From NCBI RefSeq assembly GCF_028641065.1, contig NW_026576860.1, positions 1 through 64,000 of the forward strand: DNA of 64,000 bases. The letters are read 5' to 3'. Made by a program: the position numbers and the translations under genes. Position 1 is the stretch's first letter, and every line of letters begins with the position of its first letter. This stretch comes from Leucoraja erinacea. Lineage: Eukaryota. The notes under the pieces were generated by a model, which saw only the letters and a program-made list of their open reading frames with translations, was not told the DNA's origin and ran no database searches. Positions 36,082-50,172 of the stretch are shown here, piece after piece.

Positions 36082-36668
36082 CATAGAAACATAGAACATA
36101 GAAAATAGGTGCAGGAGTAGGCCATTCGGCCCTTCGAGTCTTCACCCCCAATCAATATGATCATGGCTGATCATCTAACTCAGTATCCTTTACCTGCTTT
36201 CTCTCCCTACCCCCGGATACATTTAGCCACAAGGGCCACATCTAACCATCTTAAATATAGCCAATGAACTGGCCACCAAGACCCTGTACAACTGCAGTAG
36301 ATCCTCCCTGCTGCTATACTCAAATCCTTTTGCTATGAATGCTAACATACCATTTGCTTTCTTCACTGCCTGCTGCACCTGCATGCCTACTTTTAATGAC
36401 TGATGTATCTTGACACCCACGTCTCGTTGCATCTCCCCTTTTCCTAATCGGCCAACATTCAGATAATAGTCTACTTTCCTGTTTTTGCACTTTTGTACAC
36501 AAAAGTGGATAACCTCACATTTATCTACATTATACTGCATCTGCCATGCATTTGCCCACTCACCCAGCCTATTCAAGTCACCTTGCAGCCTCCTAGCAAC
36601 CTCCTGACAGCTACCACACCCCCCCCCCCCCCGCCCCTCTCCCCAGCGCCATGTCATCCGCAAACTTG
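36082..36668 (-). mobile_element. CR1 RT C-half and 3' end
   Basis: KFADD at ~36652-36667; LQGDLNRLGEWANAWQMQYNVDKCEVIH; continues the CR1 at 43017-43945. Confidence 0.9.
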
Positions 36669-39600
36669 GCCAGTGGGAGGGGGGGGGGGGGGGCTTTATG
36701 TTGCGCTAGTATGAGCGTTGTGGGCCGAAGGTACTGATTTCCAGACGGCTAGTATGGAGTTTGTGGGCCAAATGGATTTTTGGGCTGGCAGCTCAATCAC
36801 TGAGGCCTGGCAGTACAATCACTCGGACCTGGCAGGCTGGCGGCTGAGAAACTGCCAGAAATTGTGCTCAAAACAGGTTACAGACAGTAAGAGAGAGAAG
36901 GGGGAGAGTGTGGACTTAATGGATTATTGGGCTGGCAGTTCACTAACTCACGGCTCGTGGGCTGGCAGTGCAGTCACTCACGCCTGGTACGCTGGCAGTT
37001 CACTCAGTCATCCCACCTACCTTCACCCCCCCCCCACTCTGCTCCTTGCCATTCCCCTCCCACCCACACATTCAGTGCGTCTCCAAACAATCTCCCCCCC
37101 CTCCACGCACTCTTAGTGGCTCTCCCACAGAGCAGCCATTCCTCCCTATTAGGTTCTATTGTGATGAAGAACACACAGCGTTAAAAGCGCAAAAAGGTTT
37201 TATTAAAGTTTAAAATGTGAATGACTCTTAAAATATAAGAACAATTTAAATTTTAAAGATGAGATTTATTAAGTTTTTACTTGTTGTGTCTTGTTGTGTT
37301 CTGCTGCTCACAGCCTCTTGATGACTATTTCCTGTTGATAAAAAGAGACAATTTTAATATAGAGAAAGTCAGCGGTCAAATTTTAAGAAGGAAAATCTGA
37401 GAGTATCTCAGATCATCATTCAACGAAGCACGCTATTAATGACAACATTCTTGGGCGATGTTCCATCCTTTAGGAAACTTTTGACATTTCCCTTCATATT
37501 TCTGTTGAGCTAGTATGCTGGGCCAAAGGTAATGGTTTCCAGTGGGCTAGTATGGAGTTTGTGGGCGGAATGGGTTTTTGGGCGGGCAGCTCAGTCACTG
37601 TACTGGCAGGGGGGCACCAAAATGCTTGGTGTTGCTGAACACTTCAGTCCACAACTTCAAAGCATTCACCCCTAATCATTGGACATTCATCCCAAACAAT
37701 GACTTTCACTTGCCTCGTGAAATGTGCCGTCTTAGAGTTCTTCTTGATGTTGCACAATGTATCCTCGGCCACTTGGATGGGTATCTTGAATCGAGAATGT
37801 GTCGTTCTTCCACCAGGCAGAAATGTAGCTGCTATCCTAGAGGATACTACAGCAATAGCCACATCACATAACATTTCCTGACATGATGTTCAAAAAGCTG
37901 CCCAAAGACAATTTCAGTTGTTAATGAACACTGAAGATTTTGTGCAACACATTTTTTTGAGGTAGAGCTGTCAGGGTGGGGTGGGGGGTGGTAAACATCG
38001 TGCTGCCAAGGGTGGGGCACAGCTTCAGATGGGGGTTCTCGTGAGCTGATGAGAAATGTGTGGGGGGGGGGGGGCTCATGCAGGGGATGAGGGCGGCTTC
38101 AGTTGGGGGTTCATCTATTGCCAGGTGGATGTGGGGCATGTCAGAGGAGGAGAGGGGGCAGTGCGCGATTTACTCATGACCTGTGGACTCACTCACTGCC
38201 TTGGGATTGACTCATGCCCTTTAGACTGATTGACTGTCACGGCTTGTGGACTGACTGATGCACGACTTCTGGAGTCACATCCGACTTTTGTAAACTGAAA
38301 ACGGTAACATCTACATTGAGGAACAGCTTCTTCCTGACAGCCATCACGCTAATAAACTTAACAAATAAGCTCTGAACTACGAAATACTATATTATTTCAC
38401 ACACACACATATATATNNNNNNNNNNNNNNNNNNNNNNNNNNNNNNNNNNNNNNNNNNNNNNNNNNNNNNNNNNNNNNNNNNNNNNNNNNNNNNNNNNNN
38501 NNNNNNNNNNNNNNNNNNNNNNNNNNNNNNNNNNNNNNNNNNNNNNNNNNNNNNNNNTTCTCATACACATATTCACAAACAGACTCATTCACGCACACAC
38601 AAANNNNNNNNNNNNNNNNNNNNNNNNNNNNNNNNNNNNNNNNNNNNNNNNNNNNNNNNNNNNNNNNNNNNNNNNNNNNNNNNNNNNNNNNNNNNNNNNN
38701 NNNNNNNNNNNNNNNNNNNNNNNNNNNNNNNNNNNNNNNNNNNNNNNNNNNNNNNNNNNNACAGACTCATCCACCACCTCAAGACACTGCCCTATGGGTG
38801 GTAAATGTCGTGCAGCCAAGGGCAGCTTCAGGCGGGGGTTGTCGTGAACTGATGAGAAGGGGGTGGGGTGTCCTCATGCAAAGGATGTGGACGGCTTCAG
38901 TAGGGGGTGCATCCTATAGCCAGGCAGAAGGCAGCGTCTTGAGGTGTCAGTGTAGTAGAGGGGGCAGTGAGCGATTTACTCATGACGTGTGGACTCACTG
39001 CCCTGGGATTAACTCATGGCCTTTGGACTGACTCTCACAGCTTGTGGACTGACTGATGCCGACTTCTGGAGTCACGTCCGACTTATGTAAACTGAAAACT
39101 GTAACATCTCCGTTGAGGAACAGCTTCTTCCTGACAGCCAACGCACTATTAAACTCACCAAATAAGCTCTGAACTACAAAATATTATATTATTTCACACA
39201 CACATATATATCCACATGCACTCACACACATATGCACACACACATATAATCGCTCGCACATATTCACTCACATATTCAGACACACACATGTACACAAACA
39301 TACATATAGACACACGCACATATTCACACACACACACACATACACACACACACATTCACTCACACACATATTCGCACACACACACGTAAATATTCACACA
39401 CACACACATATTCACACGAACACATATATATTCACACACACACGCATACACAGAGGGAGGTTTCACGGCAGTCGGGTCACGACCCATGACCCGTACTGTT
39501 GCTACGCTACACCAAATGGATTACACGCGATGTACTGCAGGTAGGCACTTACCATCGTTTCCAACTCCATCTTCCAGGGAGATGCTAACCATTTTCGTTG

Positions 39601-41122
39601 TCTCTGTACTGTACACTGACAACGCCAATTAAAGTTGAATCTGAATCTGAATCGGAACCTGAACGTAGCGGATCCGTTAGAACCCGCCGAAAATGTCCAG
39701 TTTTGCGCTGCAAATAATTATGGAAATTGGGATGAGCATATGAGATATTTAGCCTACTTCAGAGAGCTGGAGGGACAACAAAGAGTGCTTAGCGAACATT
39801 GGCCGTTTGCTCACTACATTTCATCAACACTAAAGCATTATTTGTGTTTTTTTCTTGATTCCTTTGGCATCTAAAAAGTTTCATGTGATAAATCTGGCTG
39901 TATTTTTTAAAAATAAATCGCCCATGGTTCTCAAGTGGGTTTTTACGTATAAAATGAAAGCGCATCTGAAGGAAAATTTACAGCCAGATGTATCACTTCT
40001 GAGAATTTTTAAATACTAAAGGAATCAAGTAAAACACGAATAATGCCTTACTGTTGATGAAATGCAGTGAGCAAACACGATCATTCCAATATTTTCAATT
40101 ACGATATCTGCACAGCCAATCTTTACCAAGCACTTTAGTTGCTGTTTTCCCTTCAATTCTCGCAGCCCCTTACCTTCATTTCATTTCACGTTTAGAATTC
40201 TAATGTTGGGTACATGTCTCTCACACTTACCCCAATTTCCACATTTATTTTCAGAGCACACATTCAACAATTTGGCGGTTTTTAACAGATAGAAAAGTAC
40301 GCGTTTCTTGCATTAATAACATATACTGGAAGTGACAGATGTCTTCAGATGGTTTGAGCGGCTCTGTGCGGGGCCCGGGGCAGCGGGGAGAGAGAGTGCG
40401 GGGTCCGGGGCAGCGAGGAGAGAGAGTGCGGGGCCCGGGGCAGCGGGGAGAGAGAGTGCGGGGCAGCGGGGGAGAAGGAGTGCGCGGTCCGGGGCAGCGG
40501 GGAGAGGGAATGCGGGGTCCGGGGCAGCGGGGAGAGAGAGTGCGGGGGCAGCGGGGAGAAGGACTGCGCGGTCCGGGGCAGCGAAGAGAGGGAGTGCGGG
40601 GTCCCGGGGCAGCAGCGAGAGAGAGAGTGCGGTGCCCGGGGCAGCGAGCAGAGGGGCATAGGAGGGGGGGCATGAGAGTAAGGGGGCAGGCGAGAGAGAG
40701 TGCCGGGGGGGGATAAGGACTAGTGTGTGTAAAGTTGCAGGGAGGTTTACAATGTTTCTTATTTACAATGTTTGTTATTTAATGTCCCTTGTCTAGTCTG
40801 AAATAAAGTTCATTATTGGATTAGAAGAAATATAATTGTGTGTGTTATATACATTTATATAATTGTCATGTATGTGTGTTTATAAACATTTTATTCTTTA
40901 ACAAGAATCAACAGAATTATGAACTAACAGAATTATGAACCCTCTAACCCTATATCAGAGAGAGTGCGGGTACCCCCGGGGCAGCCCCCCCCCGAGTGCC
41001 CCGCCCCCCCCCATGGGAGCAGAGGTTGGGGGCCCGGGGCAGCGGTGAGAGAGAGTGCCCCCCCCGTGGGCCCCGAGGGTGCCCCCCCCCCCCCCCCCCC
41101 CACCCACACACCCCCCCCCCCC

Positions 41123-41175
<53 letters not shown>

Positions 41176-43016
41176 TGTCAATCACCCTGCGAGTCGGGTC
41201 GGTTCCGGTTACTACAAAATCAACTCAAACACTGCTTGTGAGCCATTTAAAAAGAAATGATTTAAAAAAACATTAAAAAAGACAACTACCAGAATCAAAT
41301 TTTATTCTTGACAAGAAGTTTGAACTGACAGATTTATGAATCTGACCCACACAAACTGGTGCCCCGCAACATTGATTACAGTGCGAGTCGGGTCGGGTCA
41401 GGTAGGCTCAGGTTGCTAAAATGGGTGTGGAAAAAATGCCCATGATCCCCTCCATAGCGTACTACACGTCAGTCCATTGAATTTAGCAGGAGTAGTCTCT
41501 CTTGCTTTGCTATAAGATCTTTGGTGCTGATCGAAATAAAAAGGTTCTTTTCGCGCATTACTGGCCTGAAAACGTTGCATCAAATGCATTTCAATTTACA
41601 TCACCATTTCAAACACAATAGACATCATGCTTTAGTTAACTGAAAACCGGTGCAACCATTTTAAAATCCAAGAGAAACAAATTTGCAAAACGCTTTATAA
41701 CAAAAAGAAATGGTTTTATTTTCAATTCACAGTTCAAACACAATATAGATAGACAAATATACAACTGAAAATGCTTTTCATTTTCAATTCACAGTTCAAA
41801 CACAATATAGATAGACAAATATACAAACTCTTTCCAACAAAATTCCAAGAAACTTCAGAGCATGGTGAATAACATACATATCAATTGGGTGAAAAAGCAC
41901 TCACCTGGGAGCAGAGCTGCAGCTCAGAGAGCCGTGACTTTTTCACTTCGTGGCTCGCCGGAAATGACGTAATCGCCGCCATCTTACCGATCGCGGAAAT
42001 CACAAAATGTCCGCCAATTTTAAATTTAAACACAGTCTGATCGAAATAAAAAAAGGTTCTTTCGCGCATTACTGGCCTGAAACCGTTGCAACAAATGCAT
42101 TTCAATTTACATCACCATTTCAAACACAATAAACATCATGCTTTAGTTACCTGAAAACCGGTGCAACCATTTTAAAACCCAAGAGAAACAAAATATGCAA
42201 AACGCTTTACATCAATAACAACTGGCTTTTATTTTCATTTCACAGCTCAAACACAGTATAGATAGACAAATATACAAATGGTTTTTATTTTCAATTCACA
42301 GTTCAAACACAATGTAGATAGACAAATATATAAATGGTTTTTATTTTCAATTCACAGTTCAAACACAGTATAGATAGACAAATATACAAATGGTTTTTAT
42401 TTTCAAATTCGCAGTTCAAACACGGTATAGATAGACAAATATTCAAATGGTTTTTATTTTCAATTCACAGTTCAAACACAATATATATAGACATATACAA
42501 ATGGTTTTTATTTTCAATTCACAGTTCAAACACAATATAGATAGACAAGTATACAAATGTTTTTTATTTTCAATTCACAGTTCAAAAACAATATAGATAG
42601 TAGACAAATATACAAACTCTTTCCAACAAAATTCCAAGAAACTTCAGAGCATGGTGAATAACGTACATATCAATTGGGTGAAAAAGCACTCACCTGGGAG
42701 CAGAGCTGCAGCTCAGAGAACCGCGACCCTTCCACTTCGTGGCCGGGAAGAAAGTGATTGAAGCGGGTCGCTACCGGGTTTTATAGCCCCTCCCTCCCCT
42801 GCCGCCAGCGGGGGCAGCAGAGAGAATGGGGAATGATGTAAGAACATTAATATCTCGGTCATATTTCATCGAGGGGAAAAATCCTCGGCACACATGCGGC
42901 AGAGGGGGGCTCTGAGGGAGGTGGCCAAAAATGACGGCCGTAGGTGGCGGCGTTCTCTCGGAAATCGCAGCACAGATCGGGAAAAGCGGTCAAGAACTGA
43001 GTTTTAGTAATGTAGA
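36667..43016 (-). mobile_element. Helitron copy 3 (3' hairpin/CTAG deleted)
   Basis: TCTACATTACTAAAA on the minus strand from 43016; helicase remnant at 37620-37874. Confidence 0.9.
40370..41523 (+). mobile_element. Right part of the CAAAGATCTTATAG TIR element nested in Helitron copy 3, with a ~30-bp G-rich repeat (40370-40640)
   Basis: Ends in CTATAAGATCTTTG; the terminal ~65 bp is an imperfect inverted match to 10351-10417. Confidence 0.65.
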
Positions 43017-45782
43017 TAACTGGGGTCCCAGCACTGAGCCATGCGGTACCCCACTAGTCATTGCCTGTCATTGTGAAAAGGATCCGTTTACTCCTACTCT
43101 TTGCTTCCTGTCTGCAAGCCAGTTCATTATCCACATAAATACTGAACCCCCAATACCGTGTGCTTTAAGTTTGTATACTAATCTCTTATGTGGGACCTTG
43201 TCGAAAGGCTTGTGAAAGTCCAGATATAACACTGCCACCGGTTATCCCTTATCCACTCTACAATTTACATCCTCGAAAAATTCTATAAGATTTGTCAGAC
43301 ATGATTTACCTTTCATGAATCTATGCTGACGTTGTCCAATGATTTCACCACTTTCCAAATGTGCTGCTATCCCATCTTTCATAACTGATTATAGCAGTTT
43401 CCCCACTGCCTATGGTAGACTAACTGGTCTGTGATTCCCCGTTTTCTTCTCCCTCCCTTTTTTAAAAAGTGGGGTTACATTAGCTACCCTCCAATCTTCA
43501 GGAACTACTCCAGAACCCAAAGTGTTTTGAAAAATTATCACTAATGCATCCACTATTTCTGGAGCTACTTCCTTAAGTACTCTGGGATGCAGCCTATCTG
43601 GCCTTGGGGATGCATCTGCCTTTAATCCATTCAATTTACCTAACACCACTTCCTGGCTAACCTGGATTTCACTCAGTTCCTCCATCTCATTTGACCCGCG
43701 ATCCCCTGCTATTTCCGGTAGATTATTTATGTCTTCCTTAGTGAAGACAGAACCAAAGTAGTTATTGAATTGGCCTGCCATGTCCTTGTTCCCCATGACC
43801 AATTCACCTGTTTCTGACTGCAAAGGACCTACATTTGTTTTAACTAATTGTTTTCTCTTCACATATCTATAAAAAGTTTTGCGTTCAGTTTTTATGTTCC
43901 CTGTCAGTTTTGTTTCATAATCAATTTTCCCTTTCCTAATTGCCTTTTGTTCTGGATTTGGATGGAAATGAGTAAACGAATTATTAGTTCAACGGAGCGG
44001 CGGGTGCAGGAGGCGATATCTGGCTGATTTGTACTCTCCGAAATATCGGGTAGTTATTTTACAGCGGTCAGAATATACAGGCTGGGGTATGTGGGACCGG
44101 TGCATGGAGTGCGTGAAGAAGATCAAAGTGCACGACAGCGTTTCGCATGGAGATGCCAGGGTTAGTTATTGGCCTCTGGTGCATTTGTTTATCTCAGTTT
44201 CATCTCCACATGCTTAACACGCGGTCTGTAGGCAGTTTAACATGGAGCCGTTTTTTGGAGACCGACGTTTTCCGTAAAGGTTAGATCTTATCTTCTCTCT
44301 GTCGCTGAGATATCTTCCCTGGCCGACCTGTTACCAATGTTGGCTTCATTTCCAGTCAATGGTTGAGTTTTGGTCGCTTTTGTTTTCTGCTGCGGGTTGA
44401 CTACTTGACATCAAGCCACAGGAAGTGGTGTCGCGTCACGGCTGCGGTCTTCAAGCTATGTTGACGATTCGCAGAAACATTTGGAGAGGAGGACGAGATC
44501 AAGCGTTTGAACCCTGAACCGCCGTCAGAGACTCGCGTCCTCTTTAGAACCCCTAACCCCACACCCCCTCCTTCCCCTTCCAGCCGGAGCGCTCGTCCAC
44601 TCTCTCCGACATTTCTCTCCCGTCGAAGACCACGCTCTCTCCTTTCTCTCAAGAGGCAGGGTGGGTGCCAAGTCCACCATTGGCGGGCTGCTAACGGATA
44701 TATTCTTACTTTAACCCGTTCAATAGTTTCCACGTTAATTCTGGGAGATAACGTGTTAGAGTTTGCTTCATTGCTTCAGCCACAAGTTGATGAACTGTCT
44801 GCTCGTCGTGTGCTCTTTGATACATTTGCGGCATCAACAGTGGGAGAGACTCCCGTTTTCTCAAACCACCAACATACGAAACAGGTCAACACACTGAGGT
44901 CGTCAAAATACTTTAAAAGGCTACTCGTAATATTGCGCCTATTTGCCATTAAACACCAATCCTTCGCAGATCCATTTCATCTGGATTATAGACCATAGTG
45001 GCATTTCATCCCTGAAGCACCATCGACGTCCTCCTCATAGCAAACTTCAGTTCGGTTCTCCAGCCTCATTTTCCATTTGTGGCCATGCGCGTGCAATTCC
45101 AAATATGTGCACGGTTTTCCCCACATCTGTCTGAACATCTTTGGCCTGGTTTACATTCATGCCACAGACATAAGCTCCCCTCAAGTCCTTCGGTTTGCTG
45201 GCCCATCGTGAACCTAATCAGTTCAGGGTTGGAAGAAATACCGCCCACCATGTCTGCGCCGATTATGATGTCAGCGCCTCTGGTCTTATCTGGGTGCATA
45301 CGATGTGTGCACCTCCATTGTCTGCCTGTACACGTGCGGTTAAATCCCTCCTAAATGTTGCCATGGGATCTACATCTACCAACTGCCCAAGGCGCGCATC
45401 CAGGCACATAAAGAATAACTGTACTGGAAAATCTAATTTAAACTTTCCTCCTTTCACTTTATAACCTTTCCATTTAGCAATTTACATTTCATCATATTGC
45501 TTATGCATAAAATGCCCTGGCCTTCTCCTTCATTATACTTGCCTGGAAACGTCCATGGCTTTCTTGTTTAAATTATTTCCTGCTTTCTTTATGTTCGGCT
45601 GCCTACCGTTTCCTAACTTTACATTTGGTTCTTCTTTGATTAAGGTTACAATATTTCTTATCATCCAAGGTTTACAATCTCGCCATCATGTCGTCATTCC
45701 AACTAGGCTCTAAACTCTGATTATCTGGCTTTCAAAGTATTCCCACCAATTAGACGAGGATACATTAAAAAGGCCAGTTCAA

Positions 45783-46092
45783 CCGGTGAAGCAGCGGTAG
45801 AGTTGCTGCCTGGCAGCGCTTGTAGCGCAGGAGTCCCGGGTTCGACCCCGAATACAGGTGCTGTCCATACGAGGTTTGTACTTTCTCCCCGTGGCCGCTT
45901 CTCGGAAAACTTCAGTTTCCTCCCACGCTCCAGAAGCGTACAGTCTTGTCGGTTGAGCGGCTTGGTCCACGTGTATATTATCCTTAATATGTGTAGGATA
46001 GTGTTAATGTGTGGGATCACTCGTTAATGCGGCGTTAGTGGGATGAAGGGCCTGTTTCAATGCTGAATCTCTAAACTAAACTAAATCTAAAC
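45783..46092 (+). mobile_element. HE1-type SINE
   Basis: CGGTGAAGCAGCGGTAGAGTTGCTGCC...GGGTTCGACCCCG (B-box-like); (CTAAA)n tail. Confidence 0.8.
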
Positions 46093-46390
46093 CTAATTTT
46101 TCCAGTGCTTGTCTGATAATAATGTGATCAGACTTCCACCACGTTAGTTTTTTTTTTAAATCAATATCCATTTTTTATTACGTATCAAATTATGATCAAT
46201 GTCCGCAATATGCAAAACAATTAAAATTCGATCACCAGATCATACGAATTCCTAAAATATTTTAGTGCTGCCCTATCCCTCGTTTGCGTGTTTACATATT
46301 ATTTCAAGAATCATTTGAAAGGCATCTAACAAATTGTGCCCAATCTGAGCGTCACTCTATAAGTGAGTTCGAGTCAATAAAGGCAAAGTC

Positions 46391-49300
46391 AAATAGTAAG
46401 ATTAAACGTGAACTTACCAGTTTGAAGTTTGATCTTGATTTTACGAGGAGTTGCGATGAGGGATTACACGAAGAGCCCGCCAGCCCGCATATGCGTAAAT
46501 CTTCAAAGCAGCGATGTGGAATCACAGTGGAATAAAGGTTGTTGAACTGAATATAGGAAGATTCGAGAAACTAAAACTACTAGCTGACCTTTATGAGAGA
46601 GGGTTGGGAGTGGAGGGCACGTAATCCCTCATCGTAACTCCTCATAAAATAAAGATCAAACGTCAAACTGGTAAATTTTCGTTTAATCTTACTATTTTAC
46701 TTCGGAGTCACGTGAGTGACTAGGTGAATATTTCAAAGCTCTGCGATTTCATGCCGTGGACACGAGTCCATGCGTCACACACTGCATCAATTGACCAGGA
46801 TGGGTGAAATTTAATAAAGCATGACATAGCTTTAAACATGCTGATGCTTTTTAATGACGAAATTATAATCATAGTAATCCCACTCATCCAGGAGGAATTA
46901 TAAAACAGAACCTAAAATAGAGTTAGCAAATACCCCCGGTCTGACAATGGGTCAGTTATAACACATTTGGAAATTCGCTTGTTTGACCAACCTGCAGCCG
47001 TTAGGATGTGGTCCAGCGAAACATCCATAACCCTCGCTGCTGACGTTGTTGCAGCCCTTGTGGGGTGAGTTTTGAAAAGATCAGTGTTCACTCCTGCACA
47101 AACCAAAACCCGTTTGAATCACCTTGGGATGGTCTATACCGATACCTACGTATGAGGTTTTATGTAACTTACAAACAATGCTAGTTCAGAGCCTCTAAGG
47201 CTCTAGGTGACACAATGACTGTTGTAGACCACACGCACAAAAAAAAGGTCCATGTGGTATGCCATTAAACTAGATTGAGAGCTGACGCCCCGGGTCTACT
47301 CTGCAAGACTAAGTCATGAACATAAAGTATCATCTTATTTGCGGATGTAACCATCCTGTCCAGTCGTAGCTTATGCAACGAATGCCCCGTTGTTCTGCGT
47401 TTGGGAACAGCCATAAAATGCTCTGATATGATTCCCAGTATGAGTGGACCCATGACTGTGTAGGCCAGTCAGGCACTATCAAAACCTCAGGCGGAGTCTT
47501 GCTGGATTTTAAGCAAGCACCGACTGATGAGGCAAGATGGAGGAAAGACATAAAGAACATTCCTCCGCAGCATAGCGAGAATGCATCCATCGTCTCTGCC
47601 CATGAGAATGGCCACCATGCCAGATATTTTTTATGGTGATTGAGACTAGATGCAAACAAATCGATATTTGGTGTTCCATCACGCCACAATATCAATAAAT
47701 ACTTTGTGATACAACATACATTCTGTGTTGTCATTGTATTACGTGATGATATACCAGCGCCAAATGAGGTTAGGTAAATTTATCACAGGATATTGACTTG
47801 ATTGCACCCATGTGATTAATATATGTCACCACCCGTGTGTCAACTTGTAGTTGAGCATGCAGACATGCGTATTCGCACAATAAGCCTTTAACCCATAGAA
47901 CGCACCTAGTGACTTTAGGTAGTTGATACCATGTAACTGAGGGATTGGTAACTCATGCACACCCCATCGCCTCTGTGGCTAGAGATGGGATAGTAATTTC
48001 CCATATTTGAGTACTAGCATCAGTTTTGTAATATAACTGAAGGTGTATTGACCAATAGTACTGGAGCAATGTAGAATACTGTCTGCTCATCATTGTGACT
48101 TTATATCTTCAGCTGGTAATAGCATAGACCTGTTAACAATGACCTACATTGTACTTGAGAGCTTGCTCCTTTGCGCGATGTAAGTTCTGATAATGCAAAG
48201 CCCCAATTATGCAGCTGAAAAAAACAGCCATTATTTTGCCAATTACACTGGCCACTTGATGAATAAACAACCAGATTGTTACAAACGTTCATTAATCCTA
48301 ATCCCTTGCCACAGGGCGGAGTCACAGACAATTAATGGAGTTAAAGATAAATCGCAATCTATAACTCCAGTTGATAGCAACTTAAATTCAATTGGATGGA
48401 TGAGAAACCCCAATTTCCCAAATATTAGGTTTGCGGCTGAAACAGTTAATTTAGCAAATTTTTAGAATTCAGCGTTTTTAGAATATCATCCAGATAGGCC
48501 ATAAATATGTATTTTCGAGCTTTGAGCAGCCCAAGCACTGGCTTGGTTATTTTGGTAAATAACCTTGGAGCTGAAGTTAGCCATTTTGCAACGCTTTAAA
48601 TGCTATCGTTGCCCATCCAGCTAGATTTCAAATGTCTTCAGTGAACCATGTGAATGGGTGAATCTTTGAGATCGATGCATGCCATAAATTATCATATGGA
48701 CATCCGTTGTTAGACAGTAACGAAGTTTCCCATTCTGAAAAAAAGTATATACTGCACATGTGAATGTGGGTTAATCAAGGGTGATCTGACATCATCCATC
48801 TTCCGCTTATGTCGATATCTGCTTGTATACCCAAGCCATTTGTTTGGAATGAATGGATGTCCAATTTGGTGTATATTGTATGGGTGGCAATGAGTTAACG
48901 GAAATTCAATTTGGAATCCTGTGTACTGTGCAGCACAAACTGATCTGATGTTATTCGTCGACATTCGTGCAAAAAACAAGCGTAATCTATTACCAACTCG
49001 CAACTAGTCCACACACCTCGTGTTTCGCAAATACCAGACCCACCTACCTCCATGGTTACCGGTGGTCTTATGGTAAGCCCAAGGCCCCTGATGCGGGTTC
49101 TCTTTCCGTCTTCAGGTAGTAATTCCTTCCTTGATTTGGAGGATAGGACTGCTAGGGTGCGCGGATTGCACATTTTCCCTCAGGGCCGGCCTGGGCATTG
49201 GCCTAAAAGACCTCTTCCCAGAGAATCAGCGTTCAAGGTGCCACCAGCTTCAGTGAACCGCTTAGGAGGCGCAGGGGTGTTGTCGCCGCAACGGCGAGGC

Positions 49301-50172
49301 TTTTGCCTGTCGTAGATACCTTGACTAGTCCGACAGCTTTACTTCCTCATCCAGATTTTTTACCTGTTTGGCTAGGTCTTTCCCAAGGAGAAGATTCGGC
49401 GGCTGGACATTGCTGGCCTCGCCATCCATAGTCTCCCCAGATAGCGCTGTTCACTGCCGGCACTTTGTTCCTGTAATGATGTGACGTGAGGTCACTGATG
49501 CTCACCAAGCTCCAGCTTTTCTGCAGTGGCTCCTCCGTTTGCATTGCTATCGCAACAATTGATACCATGACAGAATTTTTGAACCTCACGCATGCACTCC
49601 AGTATGTTTCGCAGACATGCCCCCGAGTTTGGACTCAGCCACACACTGACTGCCTACGCTCCCCTCCTCAGAGAGGGAGATATAATGCAGCCGTGCACCA
49701 GGCGCTGTCGCGGGCCCGCGAGACCCGCGCTGATATGACTCAGTTCCTTGGAGTATATCATGGTGGAGTATATTTTCCATGAGATGCTCTATCCGGGAAA
49801 GACGTCCGAAGACGCTCTCCACTGCAGGAGGCGAACTCTCCCGGCCGGACTCGTCCGAGTCAACAGGACGGCCGAGCCGGGTCTCCCCGCGGAGCCGGGT
49901 TCCCCTCGCGGAGCCGGGATTCCCCACGGTCTCCGTAGCCGGGTTTCCCTGCGGAGACAGGATTTAGACCAAGGAACGTCATCCAACAGGAACTCTGTAA
50001 AAGAGCTTCATGCAAGACAAAAAGCGCAACCTGATAAATAAGTTCGAAACTTGCTTTCCGGTTTAAAACTTACCGCTGGAGGAGCGAGGACAGCCAGCCG
50101 TGCGCCATGCGTGAACGCGCATGCGGGCTGGCGGGTTCTTCACGTAGTCACTCACGTGACCCCGAAGTTAAA
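46391..50172 (-). mobile_element. DIRS1-type tyrosine-recombinase retrotransposon (degenerate, termini intact)
   Basis: YR remnant HPTRAA...LTAAGWS (46912-47106); methyltransferase-like IDLFAS...DAFS...LIVPDWPTQSW (47330-47734); RT YLDD at ~48486-48497; inverted terminal repeats; ICR at 46618-46730 complementary to both ends. Confidence 0.92.

Larger units (their letters stand above)
34776..45491 (-). repeat. Right arm of the inverted segmental duplication
   Basis: Reverse complement of 20386-31049, with arm-specific indels. Confidence 0.96.
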
